From Heptranchias perlo (lineage: Eukaryota): a DNA stretch of 64,000 bases. This document shows, in pieces, positions 51,238-63,315 of this stretch (position 1 is its first letter; each line of letters opens with the position of its first letter). Both the position numbers and the translations under genes were made by a program. Under the pieces are notes generated by a model. It saw nothing but the letters and a program-made list of their open reading frames with translations. It searched no databases and had not been told where the DNA came from. The stretch lies in contig NC_090340.1 of the NCBI RefSeq assembly GCF_035084215.1, forward strand, positions 14,632,001-14,696,000, given 5' to 3'.

Positions 51238-51656
51238 CCCTAATTCTCCAACCATCCCTGTGCTCGCTGATCTACATTGTCTCCCAGTCCCGGAAGGCCT
51301 CGTTTTTAATTTTCTCATCCTTGTTTTCAAATACCTCCATGGCCTCGATCCTCCCTATCTCTGTAACCTCCTCCAGCTCTTCGACATCTCTGCTCTCCTT
51401 CAATTCTTGCCTCTTGCGCAGACCCGATTTTAATCGCTCCGCAATTGGCTGTCGAGTCTTCAGCTGCCTAGACCCTAAGCTCGGTAATTCCCTCCCTAAA
51501 CCTCTCCGCCTTTCTATCTCTCCTCCTTAAGACGCTCCTTAAAACCCAACTCTTTGTCCAAGCTTTAGATCACCTGCCCTAATACCTCCTTATGTGGCTG
51601 CTGTGATGCGCCTTGGGATGTTTAGCTACATTAAAGGCGGTGTATAAATGCAAGTC
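51238..51656 (+). mobile_element. L2 3' tail
   Basis: ccctgtgctcgctgatctacattg...cgccttgggatgtt..aaaggcggtgtataaatgcaag. Confidence 0.7.
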
Positions 51657-52140
51657 TTTTTCTCACCAACGTTTTTCAGAAAACATTGCCGCTTATTATC
51701 CAAAACCTGATTATGAACGATCTCTGATGGACCCCACTTTGTATTGATTTAGCATTAGGTCACGTTAAAGTAGTGGGCAGAGGATGGCCAGTGTACACAT
51801 CAACGTCCTGCGAAATTCATCTCGAGATGATCGCACTCGCACCTCCATTCCGGCATCTTAACTCATCACGAAACAACACTGACTGCACGAGTTTTAGTAA
51901 ATTCTGCACTTGGAAAGAAAATATTTTCCCTTACTCTTTGCTGTACGTGACACATTCAACAGTCGAATAAGTGCAGAAATTAGCATATTGCTCTGAACAA
52001 ACGAAGCATCTGTTCTAAAGCCGCAGTTACAGGATGTCAAACGACGTTGCGACGCATCTCAAGAAAAACAACCACAAACTATTCTTAACAGTGGCAAACT
52101 CGTAATTAGTGCAATGCGTCAGTTTAATCTGTTGCTCAGA

Positions 52141-55100
52141 ATGTCGGCGAGTATGGTGTTTCTGTGCTTGACGCTCCGGGGGATTATTTACACAGGTACC
52201 TCTTTATTCACAAGAACAGCTACTTTAATTTATAAAATGTTTCCGAAGTAATTTCCACATAAACGAAGTGAAAGTAATTCCTCTCTCTCGATTCATTTTC
52301 TCTCTCTTCCATCTCCATGTCGTATCCAATAAAACTAACCCGTACTTGACTAAATTTTCTGACAGCTGCGGACCACAGTTCGTTCAGAGTGACTCAAACG
52401 CCCAAACAGGCGACTGTATCCATAGGGGGAAATATCACCTTCTACTGCATATTCCCCATCTCTCAAACCCATTCCTGGGTAAGAGTGTATTGGTCGAAAC
52501 AGGGTGAGGATGAATACCTGCACAGAAGGGGCGATAAGAGAAAACGATTTGGTCTGGAAGGTAAAGCGAGCGGTTTCTTTCAGTTACGGAACGCGACTTT
52601 CCAAGACTCTGGAGTCTATCACTGCGCAGTGATCCGACAGGGAACAGTTGGAGAAGATGGAAACGGATCGCATCTAATTGTGCATGGCAAGTGTGAAACA
52701 CCGGAGAGCGGGACTGTCGTAAACATATCAAACATAACAAACGGGAATTTTTTTGTGATTTGCTTTATTGTACAGTTTCTGACAGTATAAACATTTCTAT
52801 GAACACTTTTTGCGAGATAGATAAGTTTTATGTTCGTGTTCTCTGCATAGAACTGCCAATTAGGTAGTACAATATAACCCTCCACACGCAGGGTACTGTA
52901 AAATGTATCAATGTTAAGCAATTGGACTGTAACTCCAAATAAATTTATACACCAGAGGTTTGATAGCGGAATTTCGGAAAAAAAATTCAAGCTGAATGAA
53001 AATTGTTTATATTAATGCGCTTTCCCCACTATAGACACGGTTGTTAGCCCATTTTGGCTGCTCTGTCTGCCCCCATCGCTGCCTCTGGGGTTTGACATTC
53101 TTGAAATTAATTCTCACATGATGATTGGCTCGTTAGCGTCACGGATTTGAAAGCCAGCGTCCAACTAACTGTTGATCAACGGATTCACTCAACAAAGTGG
53201 AGCTCGGAATTCACAACGTTGTCACCTCACTAACCTCCAATAATTACAATAATACGCAGGAACTGTGTTGCTGAAATCTCCTGATATAGTTTCTTTCACC
53301 AATCGTCATGCTTCGGCTGTGAGATCTGTCCGATACCGACTAATGCCCTGGTTTTATCATCGGCAATGTGTAGATTACTCGATTACTCGTCACTGTCTAA
53401 CTGAGTAAAAAAATGGAGGACTGGGCGCGCCAACTTTACCCAGGGTTTATTTCTTTAATTCTTTGGACTATGAAACGCGACATTGATTAGCGATTGTTGC
53501 GACGTGTCTGCCGTGTAACTCAAAGTTTTGGACTCGATGGTGCATGTAAAATTGAACAGATACCGGTGACGATGAATGATATGGATGAGGTGTGTGTTGA
53601 CGATGTGCCGAACTTTAACAGGACAGGCGGCCGTGTTTTGGAATGGTGCTGTTTTAATAAAATGGACCGAAGGTAAAGAATCATATTTAATTTCTCCCAA
53701 TGGTGCCAAGTAACTCGACTTTGTTCATTGTCTGTTCCGCAGCTCCCCCAACTCCACTGAAGATTGCCTCCAGGACAGCTGAGGGGAATCCATCTGCGTC
53801 TCTGACTCTTGTGTGTGAAACGGCAAAGTTTTTTCCGGAGAATTTCACCCTCGCTTGGTGTAAAAACGGCGTTGTAATTGCAACAGGAATAAATACCATT
53901 AAACGGCAGAACACTGAGGGGCTGTATGAAGTTTCCAGCTCTTTGGAAGAGACGCAGCCTGTCCCGATCGGCGCCAATTATACCTGTTTGGTATCTCATA
54001 TCTCCCTCCAGACTCCTGCTGTTGTGACCTATACTGTTACGAAATCTGAACAAGGTACGAGGCCAACAGTCCAAAAGAGCAGTTAAAATCGCAAACAGCT
54101 ATTTCGTAGAATTTGTACATATTGACAATCATGAAGATAGTTCACGGGAAACTCATGGGAAATATCAACGAATACATAAAATTCTTGTTTTATTGTATAA
54201 TATAATTGAACTCGATGTGTTGTAAAACACGGTTATATCGTCCGGTACACAAATATTCTCAGTCAAATCTTATTTGCCTTCAACTTCCTCTATTTCAGGA
54301 ATAACAAATATAAACAGGAGTTTATCTTTTGTATCCCATTATATTTCCTCTCCTGCTTATTATTAATACTTTTACGGGTTTTTTTTCTATGTTAAACTGG
54401 TTTTATTCTTTACCACTGCCGGCTTTCCCTGTATCAGGACAATTACCAGGAGCTGCAGTGGACGTGTTTGCTCTTTGGCTTCTTCCAATGCAGTTCTCAA
54501 TCCTGTGAACCCCCCTTCCCCTTCCGGCTACGTCTGGTGCACAGTTCTGAACTGAAATCTCTGTCCAACTTCTACCCCACATCTCTTCATGCCACAGCGG
54601 GTTCGATTGGGACCTCTCTCATAAATCTCATGTAAACTGTACCCTCAACTTGGTTACAGTGCAGCCGGTTCACTATATCATTTGATTAACAATTCTTAGC
54701 TTTGCCAGACAATAATTAATAAACCGTCGCCCGTTGATCTCCTTTACTCGTCAATGACATTTTTACTTTAATAAATACAGTGCGGATAATTGAATGAGGG
54801 TTATTAACCAATTGCTGCAATCCCGAATTTTGTTCGGGCAGCGAGTAAACCCGTGAGAACAAATTCCCCCCACCGATTTTCTCAAACTATATGTTAATGA
54901 ATAAGAATGGTCAAGGACATGGACAAGTCATTCGGTCCAGGGAAATTTATCCCCTTCATTTTCTAATTTTCCTAAAACATTGTTTTGTGATCCCTAAACG
55001 GTAGTCACCTTCGCAGATTAATCCAGAACGTCTCATCTATTCGATGAAGGAGTTACTTCAAATGTTATATCTAAAAAAATAACGTTTTTTTATTTACACT

Positions 55101-56815
55101 TTCTTATTTTTGTTCTGTACAGCGGAATGACTGAAAGCATCAATAGTTTAACCAATACACTATCGTGCGGCCTCTTTTTAGCAAACGCCCGTCACAACTT
55201 AATGTTCCTATTAATCTTACAGCTAGTGTCATTTACTTCTGGGCTCTTGGGTGTGCGATGGGTGGATTGGCGTTTCTCGTGCTGATGATCGTCATTGGGA
55301 AGCGGTGCCGTCTGCAGAATAAAGAAGGTAAGATCTACTGTAAAAGCTTGATTTTAGACGAAACCTCAGGGTGAGAGTCTCCGGGTAACAGAGAGGAAGC
55401 AGAACTCGATTTTAACTTAAAGTTGAAGGCAATGGTTTCTGTTTTCAGGGAGCGCAGATTGTTCCAACTACACGTTAAAACGCAGAAATCCTCACATAAT
55501 TGTATTAAAATTTGCGATCATTATCTGGATGTTTGCAACAGAAATTGACAATATACAGCAAGTGATAAATGAACTGTGCCCTGGCACACAGTCACTTTCC
55601 AACCCATTACTTTGTAGGTGCGTAATGAGTTTGAGTGAAACCGTGTGAGGCCCCGGTCCTGGAATGGTTGTGCACCGTTGTTAATCGCTACAGGGGTTGG
55701 GATTCAAACATTGTCAGCACAAACTGAAATTGAAAATTATGTTCGCTTTCTACCGAATCTAGAAATTTCTTTGATATCGCTGAATGGAAACTGAGTAAAT
55801 TTGTCAATCTTTCAATTTAATTTAATTGGTTTGCAGGTGAAGAGGGGCGTGTAATGGGACCGACCCGCCATGAAGAGCTGGTACGTTCATTCATTCATGC
55901 TCTGCAGAGGGTTCAAATGTGAAGAAAGATTGCTTTCATGGAGAGATGTTATCACAATCATGTCAGTACGTTAGGTGGCGGACAAGAAAACTGCCAGTTT
56001 CGTTTAAAATGTACCTATGTTTTAACGGTTTATAGATTAATCTATTCCTTTAATTTGAAAAAATTACTTTTATGTTCTAAAGCGGCCTTTCATTCAAACA
56101 TTTCTGTAACACAGTGTTGTAGAGCGTATACTGACAGGTTTAAATATTAGTTATAGTGACCACAGCACTCATTGGTCTCAATATTCTTACTTATGCCAAT
56201 ATATTAATTATGCTTTGTGCACTTGATCTCTAGCCCAGGTCATTCTGCTCAATGTTTGGTAAGCAGTTCTTAACCTGGTGAAGGCAATGAACTAGGTACG
56301 TAATCAATCATTTGCTTTGTGGCCCATGCAGGGAACAGAGGCTGAGATCGTGCATTATGCTGCATTAGATTTGAGCAAAGCCAGGAAAACTCCAAGACGT
56401 AAAGATGAAGAGGAGAGGACCGTGTACGCTCAGGTAGGGATGAGTAACAGATCAGAGAAACATAGATCATGAGTGTAACACCAACATTCATGCGATAGTG
56501 GAGTATTTCGGGTTGTGCTGACTTTGATCGTGTGATGTATCTAAAGCTATTTGTGTATTATGCTGATGACTGTTTAGAGCAGCAGTCCACAAAACTTGCA
56601 AAACGACCAATCAACAATATTTCCAAACATTGGCTTTACAGAACAAACAAGGGGCAGCCCGTGACAAGCTGACATACGCAACGCTAGCATTGACTGGCTC
56701 AGGGAAAAGGGCGCAATACAAAAATGACGAAAGAAGCACCGACTATGCCGAGCTACAAACGCAAAACCAAAGAAGAGTAACAGAGGCTGTTTACTCCGAA
56801 GCAAGAATCAAATAG
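52141..56815 (+). CDS. Gene B: non-rearranging IgSF inhibitory receptor L-V(J)-C1-TM-ITIM, SIRP-alpha-like, ~370 aa
   Basis: Exons 52141-52195, 52366-52686 (GC donor), 53743-54054, 55223-55327, 55837-55880, 56332-56433 and 56642-56815. The spliced frame is open for 1113 nt; AATAAA at 57152-57157. Confidence 0.85.
52366..52686 (+). CDS. Gene B exon 2, Ig V-set domain
   Basis: ITFYC..VYWSKQ..DSGVYHC..GEDGNGSHLIV. Confidence 0.9.
53743..54054 (+). CDS. Gene B exon 3, Ig C1-set domain
   Basis: LVCETAKFFPENFTLAWCKNG..YTCLVSHISL. Confidence 0.9.
55223..55327 (+). CDS. Gene B exon 4, uncharged transmembrane segment
   Basis: VIYFWALGCAMGGLAFLVLMIVIGKR; 12 nt shorter than in gene A, frame kept. Confidence 0.85.
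56332..56433 (+). CDS. Gene B exon 6, ITIM exon
   Basis: GTEAEIVHYAALDLSKARKTPRRKDEEERTVYAQ. Confidence 0.82.
56642..56815 (+). CDS. Gene B exon 7, ITIM/ITSM-like terminal exon
   Basis: NKQGAARDKLTYATL...STDYAELQT...AVYSEARIK*. Confidence 0.82.
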   Translation, partial: NKQGAARDKLTYATLALTGSGKRAQYKNDERSTDYAELQTQNQRRVTEAVYSEARIK

Positions 56816-58320
56816 CGATAGAATTTTAGATGTAGAATTCATTTTTTTTGGTGTCCACTGATCGGCTTCCGCTGCGGTATCAACTAAATGCCTGTGTGTA
56901 CACCGTGTGATACCATACCACCGAGAGGTAACCCATTTCAGCGTGATATTAGAGAATGCAGCCTCTAGTCTTTACTTACTGTTCAACTGTTTCCTGAAAT
57001 TTCATTTTATTGATTTTAAGAAAAAACGAACTTTCCTGACATACTTTCATATTAAATCTTTATTGTTTAACTAAAGACAAATCTCTACACTTTCAATTAC
57101 AATGATTCGCTAATAGTCTTGGTGTACCTAATTATCTTCACACCTAAATTCAATAAAAATAGATTATTTACGATCTCTTACAAATCAACGATTCGCGCTC
57201 CTTTTTTGGGAGATAAACTACTAAACCTGTGTGTTGATTTATGTGTAACGTTACTGCGTTCTGACTTCCTGTCCTGGTGGCGCTCCTGATATGGAATGCA
57301 GGAATTTCCAGGCTATGGACTCGTCCACAAACCGACCGAACGTAGCTTTCAGTTGTTTTATGTCCTCCAAACATCTATTAACCCATGTGGCCAGGTAGAA
57401 TCATATATTCGTACAGAACAGAAGGAGTCCATGCGCCTGTTGTGCCTGTGCCTGCTCTTTGAAAGAGCTATCCAATTAGTCTCAACCCCTGCACTTTCCC
57501 CAAAGCCCTGCAATGTTTTCCTTTTCAAGTATATATCCAATTCCGTTTTGAAAGTTCCCATTGGACCTGCTTCCACCACTGTTGCCCTTACTTCCAAGAT
57601 TCATTATCTTGTGATGTTACCTTGTCATTTTTTTGAATATCCATGTAAACGACATCTGCTGCATTTTCTATAACTAGTCTCTCTGCTGTTTTTCCAAAGC
57701 ATCCTGAACTCGAATTCAAGCATGATCTGCCTTTTCGAAATCCGTGCTGACTTGCCTTGATCAGCTCAGGTTTCGACAGGAAGACAGCAGTTTTATCCCG
57801 AAAGACACAGGGCCTGGAAAATGCAAGGAAATGTGCAACTGTTTACCTGCCATCATGTTTCAGTTTACTTCACATTTGATGTTCTTATCTAATAACAATT
57901 CATTACTTCAAAATGGAGTCGAAGTGCTGCAGATTATTTTGATAATTAATTAACCGAAAAAAGTGACACATCTATGTGCAGGAATGAAAAGGTCAATGCG
58001 TGGGCGTCCTGTGTTCTGATAAAGTTTAAGCGATTAGCTGGGAGTTTTACCGTCTGATGTTAGCTACACTGATGTGTTGCTAAATATTGACACGGGCGAA
58101 TCGCTTTGTCGACCTAAGTAAATGACATGGATCAGTCGCTCAGCTCGAAGCACCAACACTTCTTGTTCTAAATTTAACTCTGTTAATTGCAACATACTGA
58201 AAACGTATCTAGTGTCAAATAGCGGCAGTTATTGCTCATCGCATGTTTCAGTGTAATTATAACCACACTTGATGTTCACATTCAACTGATATTTTATTTC
58301 ACGTTTGCCATTGACGCTTC

Positions 58321-58975
58321 CATAAGAACATAAGAAATGGGAGCAGGAGTAGGCCATACGGCCCCTCGAGACTGTTCCGCCATTCAATAAGATCATTACT
58401 GATCTTCGACCTCAACTCCACTTTCCCGTCCGATCCCCATATCCCTTGATTCATTTAGAGTCCAAAAATATATCGATCTCAATCTTGAATATACTCAACG
58501 ACTGAGGATCCAGCTCTGGGGTAAAGAATTCCAAATATTCAGGCCCTCTGAGTGAACAAAATCCTCCTTATCTCTGTCCTAAATGTCCGACCCCTTATCT
58601 TGAGACTATGTCCCCTAGTTCTAGATTCTCCAGCCATTGGAAACATCCTCTCAGCATTTAAGCTGTCAAGTCCTCTTAGAATTTTATATGATCCAATGAG
58701 ATTATTTCACATTCTTCTTAACTCCAGAGAGTATATGATCACTCTACTCAATCCTTCCTTATAGGACAACCCTCTCATCCCAGGAGTCAATCCAGTGAAC
58801 CTTCGTTGTACTGCCTCGAACACAAGTATATCCTTCCTTAGGTAAGGAGACAAAATTTGCACACAGTTCTCTGGGGGCAGTCTCACCAAAGCCCCGTACA
58901 ATTGCAGCAAGTCTTCTTTACTCTTGTACTCCAACCCGCTTGCAATAAATGCCAAAATACCATTTGCCTTCATTA
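58321..58975 (-). mobile_element. CR1 3' fragment
   Basis: Same insertion as 29934 in unit 1. Confidence 0.8.
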
Positions 58976-60583
58976 ACCTGCGCCCAATCATTGCGATGCA
59001 GGCAGCACATGATATTTGTGCTGCCCAGTTATTTAATTGATTCTTGCCAACAGCCAGCCCTAGTTGCTCTGTTGAGTGGCTGCTCACCAACAGGGGGACC
59101 CAGATATCGCGTGAGTGGCTCGCATCACGTCAAGGCAGCCTGCACCTCTTAAAGGCAGCCTGCACCTCTTGCAAAATATATGATACAGGTCTGCACGGTG
59201 TCTGAACGGAGAACGCAGATACCGGTCCCATACCTATGTTTACAAGCTGTTGAGTTATGTTGAAACATTGAATAAAGGTTGCATAGTACTAAATCCCACA
59301 TCCTCCAATCTACATGGCAGACCTCACCAATTTGCCGATCTGAGTTTGTATCAGGTCTGTATGAGAACATGCCCCTACGTCCTCTGCTGATGCACTAGAA
59401 GCCTGGTTCAAGAGGTGGACAGATGAAGGGGCATCATATATCCGCGTTTCGGGGGGGGGGGGGGGGGGGGGGTGGGGGTGGTGCGTGGCAAGAGGCCCTC
59501 TGGAGATATGCTCAAAAAGCAGTGGGAGTCAGTCGGAGACAAAATCAATGGCAGACCTATAGCACCATGCACATGGATGCAGTGCAGGACGAAGTTCAAT
59601 CCTTTGACACGAATGGTCAAGGCGATTGAGGTCAAATGTCAAGTAGCATCTCCTACCAATTGCACCACTAGCCGCATCAACTGCTCCATGCACTTCACCC
59701 CCCCCCCCCCATCACCCACCTACCAACAAACACTTTCAATCAGTACTCAACTCTTCCAATCAGGTGCTTCCTCTCACCCTCACACATTACCACTATTGCA
59801 AGCCACACACTCACAACTCACAGGCCACAGGCAGGCAGCTGTTGAACCATGAAAGGCACATCACCCATATATCATGCAAGACACTCACTGACAAGCATCC
59901 CACTTTCTTGCAGGAGAAGGTGGTGCATGACAGGTGGCAGCAAGTGGCAGTGGCTCCAGGGAACACAAACCTGCTGTCCTGTCTCAGGATGCCAGCATTT
60001 CTGCCCGTGCCCTTGCTGTTGCCTGTCAGCTAGCCAGCCCACTCTCTGTAGAGTATTGTAACTTTATTATCGGAACATAGGAAGTATGCTATTTAGCCCC
60101 TCGAGCCTCTTCCAATATTCAATGCGATAGAGGTTGATCTGTGACCTAACTCCATACATCCTCCTTAGCCCCATATTCTTTAATACCTTCAGTTAACAAA
60201 AATCTATCAATCTTAGCTTTAAAATTAACAATTGAATGAGCATCAACTGCCATTTGCAGAAGAGCGTTCCAAACTTCTACCACCCTTCCTGTGTAGAAGC
60301 ATTTACTAACTTCACCCCTGCAAGTCTTGGCTCTAATTTTTAGTCTACGCCCCATGTTCCAAGTGTTCAAGTATAGGAGACCACCAAAAAAAGTACACAT
60401 GCATCAGCAGCCAGAAGCAATAATACTTTACATGCTGCCTGGGTTCAGGCCGCGCAAACGCTTTCACCAAGGTAACGTCAAGTGCACGTCATGCTAGCAC
60501 GTGGATTCCGGAAGACATTTTGGGTCCTTCAGAGTCCCTGTCGCTCCTGCACAACCAGTACTATGTGGTCCGTTTTATAGCCC
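58976..60583 (+). mobile_element. Second Harbinger-like Myb/SANT element
   Basis: ORF 59472 KRPSGDMLKKQWESV..WMQCRTKFNPLTR; ends TTTTATAGCCC; collinear with 36500-38171. Confidence 0.6.
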
Positions 60584-61499
60584 TATATTCGGTTGATCCT
60601 TAGGAGGTTGGCAAAACTGTTTCTGCGAACATTTAACTTATTGGAGATTAGTAAGGTGACAATATTGTGAGTTCCAAGATCCAGTTTGTTGGGTGAATCC
60701 ATTGATCAGCACGCTGGCTTTCCAGTCTGTGAGAGGAATGGGGGCAGACGGAGCATCTAAAATGGGCAATGTGCCGTGAATATGGCGGGGCAGGCGTGTA
60801 CAGATTTACAGCATGTTTTAAAATTATATTTGGAATTTGTTGCGAAGCTTTCGCCATCAGACATCAATTTTAAGTTGAATCCAGGAGCGGGTTGTATAGC
60901 AATGATTATATTTACATTAAGCCACCAGCAAAATACTAATCTACAAGTCTACCGGGACGGAGAGAGCCAAGATGTGCTCCCATTGACATTCCGAGTTGGA
61001 TACTTTATCAATAAGTATTCACAGCCACGATTAATTTGCCATGCATGTTTTGGTCTGTATCCTTGCATCTATGTATATATCTGCGCATTTTCTTTTCAAC
61101 CGTCTTGTGCATAATCATAGACAGTGTATTCCTTAAGGGGAATGCAAACATGTCGACGCTTCAGCACTGTCTTATCTCCCTTCAGTGTTGTAACCGGAAA
61201 TACCTCTCCACTTACTATTGTTGCCTAGCTTCCCCTTGTTATAATGCAGAACTGCTGGTTGGAGGCAGTGTGGTAGCAGGAATTCCGAATGCAAGTGCCT
61301 CTCCTGTGACTTCACGAATGGGGGTGGCTTGCCTCTGCTCAGTGTCCCGATGTGGTTGAAGCGAGATTGCAAGGAGGCACATTGGAAATTCTTTGCAAAA
61401 TCTGTCCCTTAATCACCTCCAAACTGCAGTTCTATTGTGTAAAACATTATGATTGGAATAACCTGAATGAGTAATATTCCTCACAAAATTTTTACAATT

Positions 61500-62420
61500 A
61501 TGGAGAAATTGAAAAAAGATAGGTGAGAAAGTAAACTGTCAGGAGGATGCAAAGAGTCTACAAAGGAACATGGACACCTAAGGTGAGTGGGCAAGTAAGT
61601 GGCAGTTGGAGTATAATTTGGGAAAATGTGAGGTTATTCACTTTGATAGGAAAAATAGAAAAATTGAATATTTTTCAACGGTGAGAAAGGATTAAATGTT
61701 GGTGCTCAGAGAGATTTGGGTGTCCTTGTACACGAAACACAAAAAAAGTTAACATGCAGGCACAGCAAGCAATTTGGAAAGGAAGTGGTATGTTTTGCCT
61801 ATCTTTTCTAAAAGTCAAGTACCCTGGAATATTTAGTTCCCAACCTTGGTCACCCTGCAACCACGTCTCAGTAATGGCTACTCGATCAAACCCATTGATC
61901 TCTATTTGTGCCATTAATTCATCTAGCTTGTTATGAATGCTTTATGCATTCAGATGCGGCACCTTTAAGTTAAACATTTTAATTTTCCCGCTGATGTCAA
62001 TAATATCTTATTATCTTTGTTAAACTCTCTGTCCCTTCCTGACGCACTCTGCTTGTTTGTACTCAAATCGCTACTCTGCTCGACAGCCTTGACTTTTCTT
62101 TCTGGACTTATAACATTAAAATTACCCTTACCTGACCCCCACCACCCTTTATACGTTTATAGCCCTATCTACCACCCTATTTATTCAATTCGCTCGGGCA
62201 CTGGTCCCAGCACAGTTTAAGTGGAACCTGTTCCAACGGAACAGCTCCCTTCTTCCCCAGTACTGGGGGTAGTGCCCAATGAATTGAAAACCCTACTTCA
62301 CACACCACTCTTTCAGCCACGTATTTAACCCTCTAATCTGTGTATCCCTATGCCAATTTACTGATGGCTCAGGTAGTAATCCTGAGATTATTATCTTTGA
62401 GGTTCTGCGCCCAGATTCGG
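61500..62420. mobile_element. CR1 fragments in opposite orientations
   Basis: + RT fragment to ~61795; - strand APE start (AITETWL..NIPGY) and ORF1 esterase (IIISGLLP..LNTWLKEWC). Confidence 0.7.
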
Positions 62421-62933
62421 GGGTTATCGAATATAACTCCCGTAGTTTCTTACAGCAGATGTCATGTTTAAGCTGTGAGATCTGTCCGATACCTACTAAT
62501 GCCCTATTTTTATTGTCGATAATGTGTAGATTACTCGTCACTGTCTATCTGTATGTATCAACCGTGGAAAAACTAGGCGCGTCATCTTTCCCCAGTGTTC
62601 AATCATTGAATTCTTATTGGAATATGTAGCGCAGATATTTATCAGAAATGATGTAATGGGTCTGTTTGAAAATTGCGATTAAAGTTGAATAATTTAAAGG
62701 ATTGGGCTCAATAATAACACAAGGTATACCACAGGTGTAATTGAACAGAGGCCTTAGCCATGAGTGATATTGGTGAGGTTTGCGTAGATGACGTGTGTAA
62801 CATTAAAAAGACAGGTTAATGGCTTTCTAATGGTGCTGCTACAATAAAATAGTTCGAAGATAAATCTAAATGATGTTTGGTATCTCCCAATGCTACTCAG
62901 TAATCAGATTTTGTTCCATTCTCTGTTCCGCAA

Positions 62934-63228
62934 CTGCACCAACCGCGCTGAAGATTCTCTCCAGGACATCTGTATCTCTGACTTGTGTGTGAAACGGCTG
63001 AGGTCTATCCGAGAAATTCCACCCTCCCTCGGTATGAAAATGGCGTAGTAACTGCGATAGGAATACAAAACATTCAATGGCAGATAACTGAAGTGCTGTA
63101 TGACGTTTCCTGCTCTTTGGAAGAGACGCAGCCTGTGCCGAGCGGTGCCAGTTACACCTGTTTGGTATCTCACATGCCGCTCGAGACTCCACCTGTGGTC
63201 ATCTACACGGTTACCAATTCTAACACAG
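62934..63228 (+). pseudogene. Orphan C1 pseudo-exon with a homologous upstream intron (from ~62470)
   Basis: Acceptor mutated to CAA, 15-nt and 2-nt deletions, and the invariant W replaced by R. Retains CETAE.YP..LEETQPVP..YTCLVSH and the G|gtacga donor. Confidence 0.85.
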
Positions 63229-63315
63229 GTACGAGGCCAACAGTCCAAGAAGGAGAGCCAGCTACTGTTAAATTCTTAAACAGATATTTCATAAAGTTCG
63301 CTCATATTAATAATA

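Larger units (their letters stand above)
47033..58975 (+). repeat. Segmental duplication unit 2
   Basis: Collinear with unit 1 but lacks ~12.2-20.1 kb and the intronic LINE pair. Confidence 0.9.

Noticed and set aside
59450-59472. Poly-G run / Gly-rich ORF
   Set aside because: Simple homopolymer inside a decayed transposon.
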